Assembly (NCBI RefSeq): GCF_001194135.2
Contig: NC_068984.1
Span: 32,596,858 to 32,660,857, forward strand
DNA from: Octopus bimaculoides
Lineage: Eukaryota
DNA: 64,000 bases
Direction of reading: 5' to 3'
Shown here: one piece after another, positions 52,180 through 64,000 of the stretch
Position numbering within the stretch: position 1 is the stretch's first letter
Layout: each line of letters starts with the position of its first letter
The notes under the pieces: generated by a model
Told to the model about the DNA's origin: nothing
The model's input: only the letters and a program-made list of their open reading frames with translations
The model's database searches: none
Translations under genes and position numbers: made by a program

Positions 52180-52960
52180 ATTCTATTTGTACCTTTCTTC
52201 TTACTTCAGTATTCCTCGTCTGCCGCCATCTCACCCTCATTCCTCGAATTACCCCTTCGACTCCCTGCCTACATCTATAGCTAAATCCCATCACTGTCAT
52301 TTCAATATCCGCCCTTCCTTTTTTCTTCACCCCTACTCCTCTTTCTCAGTAGCCTCTCTTCCCTGCTATCCCACCCACACTCCCTACTTTGCTCGTTGTC
52401 TCTTCTTCTAGTCTTTTATAGCCTCCACTATCCCTGATTAATGAACATCAGTCTGTCGACATACCAACCAACGAAGATTCTCATTTCAGTATCTTCTCAT
52501 CAATTTCTTGACTCACCACAACTACTTCTACTTCTATTCAATCTCCTAGTCACTCATATTCTCCTTCTCCATTCTCTGCTTCTCTTATCTCCTCTTGTTA
52601 TTCCTCTACTTCGACACTTCACTCTGAACCCGCTACATCCTCCAACCTGCTTTTATTCTCTTCACTCTAATCTTAAATCTTCTAGACCAACGACGTGAAC
52701 TGCTATTTGTTGAGTTTTCCACCCTGAGGAAGGAGGCCGGTATAACGGTGATGCTTATATGCACCCTCTACTGGTTGCATGCCTTTCAATTTTTGCACAC
52801 TCCATCGACCAATTATGAACATCACACGTATTACGCAATTCCGAGGCCCGAGAAAAAGCTGCCGGACTTAAATTACCATCTCTCAACCTCTTAGTTTTCT
52901 GTTTTGTTTGTATTCCATGTAAATATATTTATTTTGTAAATATAAATATATAAGTATCTA
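52180..52960 (+). mobile_element. Pyrimidine-rich tract plus CpG-rich terminal segment, Penelope-like 3' tail/pseudo-LTR
   Basis: About 520 bp C/T-rich tract followed by CCCTGAGGAAGGAGGCC...GGCCCGAGAAAAAGCTGCCGG and a T-rich tail. Confidence 0.4.
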
Positions 52961-53404
52961 TAAATATTCATGCTTATACAGAAGTGTTCATTTTCACTTT
53001 TCTTTCTCTCCTTCTATATCCCTATATGTATTTACATGTGTATATTATCTATCTATATTTTATGTATCACTCTCTCTTTCCCTCTTTCTCCCCCTCCCCT
53101 CTCTCTGCACACATACACATATACTATATAGATAAAAACTGTTTGATTCAAATCCATTGGTATACCGAGTTTCAAGCGTGATGCTAGTCTTTAGCCATTT
53201 TGGATTTGAATGAAAGAAGTTGAATCTTATAACCGTAAGGTGAGCTGCAATTGGTTGAGGAACGTCACGTGGTGTCGCGGTTGGATATTGGTATATTAGC
53301 GGCAACAGTTACTTGGAAGATACCACATGATGAAGACGTGGTGTTTATTATATTATATATACATACATGTGTGTAGATATCCGTATATGTGTGTGTGTTT
53401 TCTT

Positions 53405-53620
53405 TTTATTCTTTTATTCATGTACTTGTTTCAGTCATTTGACTGCGGCCATGCTGGAGCACCGCCTTTAGTCGAGCAAATGGACCCTAGAACATATCCT
53501 TTGTAAGCCTAGTACTTATACTCTTAGTCTCTTTTGCCGAACCGGCTAAGTTATGTGGACGTAAACACACCAGCATCGGTTGTCAAGTGATGTTGGGGGA
53601 CAAACACAGACACAGAAACA
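53405..53620 (-). mobile_element. 3' half of SINE family B
   Basis: ttcagtcatttgactgcggccatgctggagcaccgcc..ctttgtaagcctagtactta..cttttgccgaacc..gacgtaaacacaccagcatcggttgtcaag. Confidence 0.8.
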
Positions 53621-53646
53621 TACACACACACTCACACACACACATA

Positions 53647-53677
<31 letters not shown>

Positions 53678-53840
53678 CATATATATTTACACACACAGAA
53701 ACACACACATATATATACATACATACATATATATGCATATTGTATATAAGTGCATGTGTACGTCAGTTTTCACAACTATATTTCTCATAAAATTAGTATT
53801 TGGTTAGTATATGTTTACTAGTTTGTGTGTGCACGCGCGT

Positions 53841-53871
53841 GTATCTATCTATCTATCTATCTATCTGTCTG

Positions 53872-53956
<85 letters not shown>
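53841..53956. repeat. (TATC)n tetranucleotide microsatellite
   Basis: Direct reading. Confidence 0.95.
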
Positions 53957-54797
53957 TGATGTATATATATATATATATATANNNNNNNNNNNNNNNNNNN
54001 NNNNNNNNNNNNNNNNNNNNNNNNNNNNNNNNNNNNNNNNNNNNNNNNNNNNNNNNNNNNNNNNNNNNNNNNNNNNNNNNNNNNNNNNNNNNNNNNNNNN
54101 NNNNNNNNNNNNNNNNNNNNNNNNNNNNNNNNNNNNNNNNNNNNNNNNNNNNNNNNNNNNNNNNNNNNNNNNNNNNNNNNNNNNNNNNNNNNNNNNNNNN
54201 NNNNNNNNNNNNNNNNNNNNNNNNNNNNNNNNNNNNNNNNNNNNNNNNNNNNNNNNNNNNNNNNNNNNNNNNNNNNNNNNNNNNNNNNNNNNNNNNNNNN
54301 NNNNNNNNNNNNNNNNNNNNNNNNNNNNNNNNNNNNNNNNNNNNNNNNNNNNNNNNNNNNNNNNNNNNNNNNNNNNNNNNNNNNNNNNNNNNNNNNNNNN
54401 NNNNNNNNNNNNNNNNNNNNNNNNNNNNNNNNNNNNNNNNNNNNNNNNNNNNNNNNNNNNNNNNNNNNNNNNNNNNNNNNNNNNNNNNNNNNNNNNNNNN
54501 NNNNNNNNNNNNNNNNNNNNNNNNNNNNNNNNNNNNNNNNNNNNNNNNNNNNNNNNNNNNNNNNNNNNNNNNNNNNNNNNNNNNNNNNNNNNNNNNNNNN
54601 NNNNNNNNNNNNNNNNNNNNNNNNNNNNNNNNNNNNNNNNNNNNNNNNNNNNNNNNNNNNNNNNNNNNNNNNNNNNNNNNNNNNNNNNNNNNNNNNNNNN
54701 NNNNNNNNNNNNNNNNNNNNNNNNNNNNNNNNNNNNNNNNNNNNNNNNNNNNNNNNNNNNNNNNNNNNNNNNNNNNNNNNNNNNNNNNNNNNNNNNN

Positions 54798-55323
54798 CCC
54801 CACCCTTTGGAAAAGATTTTCCCCACAAATTACTTTATAATCGTAATGTATGCCGTTTCAAAGGTATTTCTATAAAATTTCATTGAAAAAACCCCATTTT
54901 CCTAAAATCTTGTGAATCTTCCGAAATCCTCTCCCCACCCATCTGTTGCTTTGCGCGCATATTTTTCATATTCGTTTCCTACACCCATTCCAGTATTTTT
55001 TTATTTTGACTTTCATTAACCACGCTTTTTTCTCAATTAATTAAATGAGGTACTGTATATTGTACGTTGATTTTCCAATACATATTACGGACATTTTTGG
55101 AACAAGTCGTCTTATTAAGACTTGATATTTCACATTTGAAACCCATGTGATTATTCTTGGCGCGGTAGTAACTAAGTAATCAACTATTTACAAACAAACG
55201 CACATGTATACATCATTACAGTTGTGCCGATTTCAGACAAAAAAGAATTTCTAAAGTTACCTTCATTTTTTTATATTCTCCGGCTTTCTAGTTGTGTAAG
55301 ATATATACGTGTGTGTGTGTGTC

Positions 55324-55410
<87 letters not shown>

Positions 55411-56651
55411 ATTTCATTCGGAGATTTTATTTAACTGATCAATTATCAACAGGACAACTACAGATTTCTGCCTCACTCGCCGACTTTGGATGATCATAAA
55501 ACTTTCAGAAAAATGGATATTTTTTAATGCAATTTTCTACGAATATGTGTTACACCATCTAGATTCCAAATATGCCAAATTTTTTTTGGGGTGGAGTGTT
55601 TTAGGAGTCGTGGGGAGGATTTTCGGAAAATTCACCGGAGTCCACTTCAATTCGCTTAACTTTAGTAACAGTCACTGTCTCTGTGAGCAAGCCATCTTAG
55701 CTCCACGTAATGATGCTGTGAACAAAATCGACTGGGATCTCTTGCAGCTGTTGCTCAGTGCTCAGACAAGAACAGTCTTTCAAATCCCTTCGACACTGTC
55801 AGTGACCAGGACCAGGCAGTAGTTTTTCCAGCTGAGTTCTTGCATTCTCTACAGCCATCTGGGATGCTATCTCGCCCCTTAACACTTAAAAGTGGGTGGG
55901 GGGCTCAATCATGCTGCTCAGGAATTGGGATCCACCTCGTCTGTGCAATGATACAAGACTGGTGGTGAAAGTGATGTGACCCTATGGCCTAGAGGTTACA
56001 ATTATGACCGGGTACTATAAAGGTGAGGATGTCTTCATTCCATGGATCCTGTTAATCCCATATGACTTCCCCTTTGAATTTAAACAGTTCCAGTTCCCAG
56101 TGAAACTAAGTTTCACTGTGTCACTAAACAAGTCTCAAGGACAGTATCTCAAGTTTGTTGGACTTCACCTTGCTTCTCTCATGGGCAATTATATGCAGGA
56201 TGTTAGCGAGCTGGAAGTTCCCAAAATCTTTTCATTTATAAACCAATTAAAGAACACACACAAAACATCGTGTATTTAGAAGCTCTAGATAATTAAACTG
56301 TGACTGATTTCTGGATTTGTTTCAATACATTTGTTTATACTCATGTCATCTGATAGAATATTTGTTAAATGTACTTATTAACAGAAGTTGAGCGCCCACA
56401 GACTGGTTCTTCTCAAATTTATGCATTTTCAGGTTCAATGTGTTTCAGTTGAAGGTGATTGCAAAGACAAAGAACTACCTGGATTTTTAACAATTTAATT
56501 AGTGAGAACATCGGATAAAATATGTTATAGACATTAATAGCTTCTACCTCAGCTAATTACTGCATAGTCTATGTTTCACGTAAGAGATCTAAAAGGCATT
56601 TTAAATTTCATTCTTTTCTTTAACCCAGGCAACGCCAGGTATTTCTGCTAG
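54798..56651 (+). mobile_element. Helitron-derived element, internally deleted, with canonical 3' terminus; 5' end in or near the gap
   Basis: PIF1-like helicase remnant, then ACCCAGGCAACGCCAGGT (imperfect hairpin, 56623-56640) and CTAG at 56648-56651 followed by T. Confidence 0.8.
55675..56285 (+). pseudogene. Helitron RepHel PIF1-like helicase C-terminal fragment
   Basis: LCEQAILAPRNDAVNKI; PAEFLHSLQPSGM; MLLRNWDPPRLCNDTRLVVK; TGYYKGEDVFIPWILLIPYDFPFEFKQFQFPVKLSFTVSLNKSQGQYLKFVGLHL, with frameshifts. Confidence 0.9.
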
Positions 56652-57314
56652 TATATACATATGTATAGACACACACACACACACACACACANNNNNNNNN
56701 NNNNNNNNNNNNNNNNNNNNNNNNNNNNNNNNNNNNNNNNNNNNNNNNNNNNNNNNNNNNNNNNNNNNNNNNNNNNNNNNNNNNNNNNNNNNNNNNNNNN
56801 NNNNNNNNNNNNNNNNNNNNNNNNNNNNNNNNNNNNNNNNNNNNNNNNNNNNNNNNNNNNNNNNNNNNNNNNNNNNNNNNNNNNNNNNNNNNNNNNNNNN
56901 NNNNNNNNNNNNNNNNNNNNNNNNNNNNNNNNNNNNNNNNNNNNNNNNNNNNNNNNNNNNNNNNNNNNNNNNNNNNNNNNNNNNNNNNNNNNNNNNNNNN
57001 NNNNNNNNNNNNNNNNNNNNNNNNNNNNNNNNNNNNNNNNNNNNNNNNNNNNNNNNNNNNNNNNNNNNNNNNNNNNNNNNNNNNNNNNNNNNNNNNNNNN
57101 NNNNNNNNNNNNNNNNNNNNNNNNNNNNNNNNNNNNNNNNNNNNNNNNNNNNNNNNNNNNNNNNNNNNNNNNNNNNNNNNNNNNNNNNNNNNNNNNNNNN
57201 NNNNNNNNNNNNNNNNNNNNNNNNNNNNNNNNNNNNNNNNNNNNNNNNNNNNNNNNNNNNNNNNNNNNNNNNNNNNNNNNNNNNNNNNNNNNNNNNNNNN
57301 NNNNNNNNNNNNNN

Positions 57315-57379
<65 letters not shown>

Positions 57380-57699
57380 ATATATATGCATATGTATATA
57401 AATGCTAAATAGTTGCGATTATGTATGCACATGTACCTACATATACAATATACTTAATCACGTATGTTTGCATACATACCTAATCATAAATAGATGCATT
57501 TATTCCTGAGGCCATACAGCTAACACGTGCAGAACATTATAATTATTAATGCATGCAGAACACCCGCACCTTGCCCCAACAGATATTCACTTTTACCGGA
57601 GTCTGTTTGTGGGTGTGCATATGTGTGAATGTAGATATGTAAATGGATGCCTTTAAATATATTTATATTTATGTTATTCCGATTATGAAAGAAAATGCA

Positions 57700-57702
57700 A
57701 TA

Positions 57703-57758
<56 letters not shown>

Positions 57759-57808
57759 CGTTGTAATTGCTATTATTATCATTATTATAATTTATTATCA
57801 TTATTATA

Positions 57809-57878
<70 letters not shown>

Positions 57879-57880
57879 GT
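57700..57880. repeat. Compound (ACT)n-(ATT)n microsatellite
   Basis: Direct reading. Confidence 0.95.
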
Positions 57881-58662
57881 GGCAATAAAAATCAAATGCT
57901 ACTTTCTACTGCAATAGATAAATTACAAAAACTTTTGCAGAGAAAAAAAAATGGTGAACCATAAGAGGAGCAACAACATATGAACGTTCTCTCCAACCAG
58001 CATGGCACTACACAAATCCGATGCTCACAGTCAAATACACTATAGCCCATAATATACATACACACATATATATACACACACATATGCATATTCATATATA
58101 CATTCACACATGATTTCTTTGATGCAATAAAACCAATTTAATGTGATATATAGCAAGGAAAGAGAGGGTGAGAAATAAATAATACAGAAACATTTATTGC
58201 TTCATTTTAATGTACATGTATTGCATGCACTATTATTTTGTATATTATATATGTGTGTGTGTGCGTGTGTGTATGTATATATATATATATATATATATAN
58301 NNNNNNNNNNNNNNNNNNNNNNNNNNNNNNNNNNNNNNNNNNNNNNNNNNNNNNNNNNNNNNNNNNNNNNNNNNNNNNNNNNNNNNNNNNNNNNNNNNNN
58401 NNNNNNNNNNNNNNNNNNNNNNNNNNNNNNNNNNNNNNNNNNNNNNNNNNNNNNNNNNNNNNNNNNNNNNNNNNNNNNNNNNNNNNNNNNNNNNNNNNNN
58501 NNNNNNNNNNNNNNNNNNNNNNNNNNNNNNNNNNNNNNNNNNNNNNNNNNNNNNNNNNNNNNNNNNNNNNNNNNNNNNNNNNNNNNNNNNNNNNNNNNNN
58601 NNNNNNNNNNNNNNNNNNNNNNNATATATATATATAATGCACACACACACACATATGTATGT

Positions 58663-58712
<50 letters not shown>

Positions 58713-59009
58713 CATACATATATGCAATAGGTAGATAGATTTATGCATATTTGTGTGTGTGTGTGTGTGTGTAAGCATACATACTATTTCTGCTATCTGC
58801 ACAAACAAGGAACCCAAATATGTTTTAATGAAATATGTTACTACTTACAACATGATATATGCTTTCTTGTGAAAGGGAAAATAGAATAAATAGTGGAAGC
58901 ATTAGTTCTATGCTTCTACTAAAAAGAAACATTTATGAAGAAGAGGAAACAAGCAATTACATCAATAACAATTGTACTTGCTATAATAATAATAACAATT
59001 GTAATAATA

Positions 59010-60044
59010 ATAAGAGCATTCAGAGAGCGCAAGGCTCCGCCAAGGCAACACCAACATCCTCTCAGCGATTAACCGGAGATGATTTTTAAAATGAGAATGT
59101 CTGAAATAAAACTCGACTGCTTTCACAAACGAGAATACTAAAAAATGAACCAGACTGCTCTCAAAAATTAAGTAAAAAATCCGGAAAAATAATCCAGAGT
59201 CCTTATCTGGTACCTGATCGATCCCAATGGTAGTCATGGAATGTGAAGTTGGGTGTGCAGGAAGTGTTTGTAATGCTGTGTGCGTGTCATCTGCAGTGGG
59301 AACAGGGCCTTTCTTTAGTCTATTCACTGGTATAGTGTCTTTATGACCATTAAGGTCTATATTCGAAAATTTATCTGTACGTGAAAGAAAATGGAAAGGA
59401 CCTACATACAGTGCTGTTAACGGAGGTTTAACAACATCATTGTGCACAAAAACGTGAGTCCAAGAAGTAAAGCTTTTTTCAAAGGAGAGTTAGAAACGCA
59501 ATTGTCAAGTAGGTAAGAGGTTTTAAACAAGAGCAATATATTCAAAATTGGTGAAACTAAGAATTGTCGAGGATAAATTAAATTTATTTTTATTACTGAA
59601 TATTTAGTGTTATTTAATTTCTGAACGGTTTTGCTGCTGCTTGTTTATGCAGTTTGATTTTTTTATCCATCAGTTTCTACTAAGATAGAGACGTGAGTAA
59701 AATTAATAATAGAGAAACAAAAATAAAGCTTTGGAAACAGCAATGACACCATAACTTAAATGGAAACCATGAGCATGCTTTCAAGGGAGATAATCAGAGA
59801 AAGACTTGAAACTAAACATAAGAGCGTAATACTTCATGTAAGGTAAAGTAAATATAACAAGTTATCCAGAATTCTTGTCATGGTACCGGATCAATCCCCA
59901 AATATACTCAGTTTGGGCCAGTCATGAGGCCAAACATCACTGAAAGTTTCATCCAAATCCATCTAGCAGTTCTTGAGATATCTTGTCCAAAGACAAACAA
60001 ACAAACACGACTGAAAGCAATACTTCCACCTTCGCTAAGGCAGA

Positions 60045-60050
<6 letters not shown>
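59010..60050 (+). mobile_element. Non-autonomous Helentron/DINE-1(HINE)-like element
   Basis: 5' CTCCGCCAAGG (59035-59045); 3' short hairpin CCTT-CGCT-AAGG then CAGAGGTAAT; (ACAA)n near the 3' end; internal GGTACC.GATC.ATCCC repeats; flanked by (AAT)n. Confidence 0.6.
59226..59447 (-). pseudogene. Ty3/Gypsy integrase C-terminal (GPY/F) fragment
   Basis: KPPLTALYVGPFHFLSRTDKFSNIDLNGHKDTIPVNRLKK matches PL...Y.GPF.V..R..K.F.I...G..DTV..DRLK. Confidence 0.8.
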
Positions 60051-60102
<52 letters not shown>

Positions 60103-60558
60103 GTAGCTGGAAACTTATACCACTCTCACATGTTATCTACTATTTGCAGTATGTTATCTTCTTGAATCTATGAGATGCTTTATGTCTCACAAACTGCTTT
60201 ACAACATGCACTGAGCGCCATTTATGATGTCACCCATACTTGAGTTTTTGTCTGATAGGATTGGAGTATACTATCTACTCTGAATCAATTTTTCTCTGAA
60301 CTGCTGCTCTCCTAGATGGGCTGTTCTCACTGAAGCTCACAAAGTCCATGTCTTTTTCTGAGATGTTGCTAGCAGCCAAGAGATCCTTAATGATAATAAA
60401 ATGATATATGTGTAAGGATTACTTGATTAGGTAAAATATAGCAAGCCTTTTGTTCTGCCTTTCTTGAGAAATGATAAATATTATATATACTGCTCATGGC
60501 CACATTACAAATTGCCTCCCTAAATGTACTTTTCAGTTGATGAAGGTGAATACAAAGG

Positions 60559-60608
<50 letters not shown>

Positions 60609-61429
60609 CCAATAGGGAATGATAAAGAGAAGGAGTTTATGCAGTTACCTTTATGCAGTATGCTTTTTACTTAAGATGTTCTGAATATAAATCTCTGCTA
60701 TTAACTCATTATTATCAACTAACTAGGGAGCCTCTAAGTGGTGACTCGACCTGCTGGGAATAATAACCAAATATCCCACAAAATATACCTTACTCTCTGA
60801 ATTAAAGAAAGAATACATTTAAAAATGTAGTGTAGTCTAATGATTGCTACGCAATACCAGAAAAAAAGTTGGGTTATTTAAAATTGGAAAATCTTTTGAC
60901 CATGTGATACATGCTCTTTTCATCTCTTATTTAATATGCTTTTTGTCATCTCTCAATAAATGCTCTATTTTAATATGTTCAAATTTCATTTTGTGTTTAT
61001 TAATTCCATTGTTGGGCATCAATTTTCATGATATTCTTTTAAGTATAGAATGTCGCCTTTCATGTGGTCCTTTATTTCTATATGGAATATATGTTTCTTT
61101 TTACTAATTATAAATTTTTGTTATTCTGATATTTCTTAGTGAATTTACTTTTTATATATTTTAATTAAAAACGACATATTTAATTTAAATACTGAATATT
61201 GTTTCAATTTATTTCGTTTTGAATAAAAACTATCGCATGAGAATTTAACACATTTAGTCTCTATGTTATCAACAAATTATTATTAGGCAATTAAATTGTA
61301 GAATATCAGCATGTTTATCCCCAAGTCAATAATTATTCAGCAAATCTATGACAAAAGGTATTCCAGTTTTAACCATCTTATTACACACACATACATGCGC
61401 ACATACACACATACATGTGTGTGTGTGTG

Positions 61430-61633
61430 TTACATCTGTTACTCGTTTCAGTCATTAGACTGCTGGGGCACCACCTAATAGTAATTTAATAAAACAGATT
61501 GACCCCTGTACTATTTTTAGTTTTTTTGTTTTTTTTGTTAAGCCTGGTATTTATTCTGTTTTGTTTTGCCGAAATGCTAAGTTTACATAACATTAACACA
61601 CTAACACTAATAGCCAAGTGTGGTGGGGCACAA

Positions 61634-61640
<7 letters not shown>
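61430..61640 (-). mobile_element. Degenerate 3' half of SINE family B
   Basis: tttcagtcattagactgc..gcaccacc..ttaagcctggtatttattct..ttttgccgaa.tgctaagt. Confidence 0.6.
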
Positions 61641-61686
<46 letters not shown>

Positions 61687-61700
61687 TACACACAAATGCA

Positions 61701-61932
61701 CAGGGTGTAGCAGAAAGGTTGCCTCGATTTCAAAGATTAATAAAATATAATCACATGAAGATGTATAAAAAAGACTTTGTATTTCTATGAAGTTCATTAA
61801 ATACCATTGTTTGTCCTGTTTTAGGTAGTACCTACCATGGCCTGCAGTGGAGAGCATCGTTTTTCCTTGTATGTTCATGTGTTTATTTTCTGTTAACCTT
61901 TGAAATCGGGGCAACGTTTCTGCCACACCCTG
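61701..61932. mobile_element. 232-bp Tc1/mariner-type MITE with 35-bp TIRs
   Basis: Left CAGGGTGTAGCAGAAAGGTTGCCTCGATTTCAAAG; right reverse complement CAGGGTGTGGCAGAAACGTTGCCCCGATTTCAAAG (3 mismatches); right flank TA, left flank CA. Confidence 0.85.
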
Positions 61933-62464
61933 TATAATTCAAAATTTAACTTGCATGACAAATAACCAGTGGTTAAAAATTCCGTATGTGTTCTCATATA
62001 TCTATGGAGAGGTCATGTTAAGGACACGTATTACTGTCTTTGTAACATTTTGTATGAATCAGCACCGGAGTGTGTCACAGAGAACATGGAGAAAACAAAA
62101 ATAAAAGAGGAGAAATTGTTTATAAAATATTTACTTACATCGTTTTACGTACACCTCATTAACAAAGATCGAGTATTATTGTACAGTGTAAATTACATAT
62201 TGAAATTATATTGTGAAATTTTCTCAGAGATATAAAATTTATGACAGATTTGCCATCGTAGTAATAACCAGCATTTCTCAAATGCAGCTTGATTATATAA
62301 ATTGCTTTATAAACCCAATAATCATCATTTGTTAATGGAATGTATCTAAGATAGTTTAAGTAAATATTTTATAAACACTCATATACATACGATGAGCTTC
62401 CATACACACCCCATCTACAATTTGCCTCGCAAGCCATTGGCATACATGCAAAAACACACACATA

Positions 62465-63908
62465 CGAGGGGGTACCCAAAAGAAACCGGAATTTTGCAAT
62501 ATTATTTTATTCACTTAGTTTTACACGGGTGAACATAAAGGACGTGGACCATACTCGCTTTCGTTTTTTTTCCCTTTTTTTTTTATCCNNNNNNNNNNNN
62601 NNNNNNNNNNNNNNNNNNNNNNNNNNNNNNNNNNNNNNNNNNNNNNNNNNNNNNNNNNNNNNNNNNNNNNNNNNNNNNNNNNNNNNNNNNNNNNNNNNNN
62701 NNNNNNNNNNNNNNNNNNNNNNNNNNNNNNNNNNNNNNNNNNNNNNNNNNNNNNNNNNNNNNNNNNNNNNNNNNNNNNNNNNNNNNNNNNNNNNNNNNNN
62801 NNNNNNNNNNNNNNNNNNNNNNNNNNNNNNNNNNNNNNNNNNNNNNNNNNNNNNNNNNNNNNNNNNNNNNNNNNNNNNNNNNNNNNNNNNNNNNNNNNNN
62901 NNNNNNNNNNNNNNNNNNNNNNNNNNNNNNNNNNNNNNNNNNNNNNNNNNNNNNNNNNNNNNNNNNNNNNNNNNNNNNNNNNNNNNNNNNNNNNNNNNNN
63001 NNNNNNNNNNNNNNNNNNNNNNNNNNNNNNNNNNNNNNNNNNNNNNNNNNNNNNNNNNNNNNNNNNNNNNNGAAATCTCCGCAGTCGAAAAGTTGGGTTT
63101 CTGTAGGAAAAAAACAAAACAAAAAACAAAATAAATAAAAACGAAAGTGGGCGTGGTTCATATCTTTTACTTCCGACTTTTACATATCTACACTTTCATC
63201 GCCTTCAAAGTATTCTGCATTGGAAGCAATGTATCAATCTAGACGCGTTTTCCACACTTCGAAGCACTGCTGGAACTCTTGAAAAGAGATGTCTTTTAAC
63301 TCCCCGTCGTTTTTTCCTTTACCACTTCCATATCTGCAAATTCCGCAGCATCAGCTTTCGTCATCCGTTAACGACATGCATTCAGTCGTGACTGCTTTTG
63401 ATTTTCCGTGAGCATGCAAGGCACAACTCTTATCATTCACAATTCCTCGCCCAAAAATTCGTTGGTAGGAGCTCCATGACACCCCAGTCATATCAACAAG
63501 TATGTCAAATTTTCAGTTATGACTCCACGAGATCAGTTTATGAATTTTCATAATGTTTTCATTTGTTCGGGAGTTCGACGGTCGCCCTGAACGAGGTTGA
63601 TCTTCAAGCGACAAGTGACCATTCCTAAAACGCGAAAGCCATTCGTAAACTTGTTTTGCTCATGTAAGCGTCTTTGTAAGCTGTTTGAAGCATGACAGCT
63701 GTTTCGGCTGCCGTTTTTCCTAGCAGAAAACAGAATTTCACGGAAGCACGCTGTTCCTTCGTTTCAGCCATCGCAAAAATCGACAAACGCCGGTCTGCGT
63801 ACTGATTCCGGAGAGTTGTATCAAGTGACTTCTAACGGCAAAACCCCGAACTACAACGGGCTTGTCCCACAGAAGAACGTTTCCGGTTACTTTCGAGAAC
63901 TCCAATCG
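62465..63908 (-). mobile_element. Internally deleted mariner(s) bounded by TA|CGA-type termini and spanning a gap
   Basis: Left TA|CGAGGGGGTACCCAAAAGAAACCGGAA; right TTCCGGTTACTTTCGAGAACTCCAATCG|TA; termini only partly matching, so two related elements are possible. Confidence 0.7.
63180..63771 (-). pseudogene. Mariner transposase with catalytic domain deleted
   Basis: MAETKEQRASVKFCFLLGKTAAETAVMLQTAYKDAYMSK, LSLEDQPRSGRPSNSRTNENI, joined to ELKDISFQEFQQCFEVWKTRLD*YIASNAEYFEGD. Confidence 0.88.
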
Positions 63909-64000
63909 TATACCTATTACTATTATAATAGGAAAGATGTAAGTCATTTGCATTAATCGAGTGACCCAATTACACTTAAACTGTGAGATTTTATTTATTG

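Larger units (their letters stand above)
7983..63070. other. Nine assembly gaps (range given spans first to last gap): 7983-8320, 8992-9814, 18647-18656, 35137-35284, 40559-41365, 53982-54797, 56692-57314, 58300-58623, 62589-63070
   Basis: N runs, most flanked by microsatellites. Confidence 0.98.

Noticed and set aside
1-64000. CRISPR arrays, rRNA genes, operons
   Set aside because: No repeat-spacer arrays or rRNA signatures; the sequence is eukaryotic repeat-rich DNA

Overview
This is an AT-rich, microsatellite-dense metazoan window with nine N-gaps. The SINE families and repeat landscape resemble those of Octopus/coleoid cephalopod genomes, but the taxon is an inference. I could not confidently identify an intact host protein-coding gene. 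Most ORFs in the track are microsatellite or N-gap artefacts, and those with recognisable motifs are transposon fossils: Tc1 (DD34E), several mariners (one a ~550-bp foldback), a hAT (BED finger to dimerisation domain), a Helitron PIF1-like helicase with a hairpin+CTAG 3' end, a Helentron/DINE-1-like element enclosing a Gypsy integrase fragment, two RLE-type LINE 3' ends and a Penelope-like RT/GIY-YIG relic. Several tRNA-derived SINE families are also present. The most interesting signal is at 12345-12824: a 480-bp cassette bounded by a 12-bp TSD, made of a tRNA-like B-box head plus two inverted arms. Each arm carries a degenerate minimal hammerhead-ribozyme motif with palindromic stem III, the dimer-type architecture known from Penelope-like elements. 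A related motif lies at 39202-39235. All translations and alignments were done by eye; element boundaries without a TSD or TIR are approximate.
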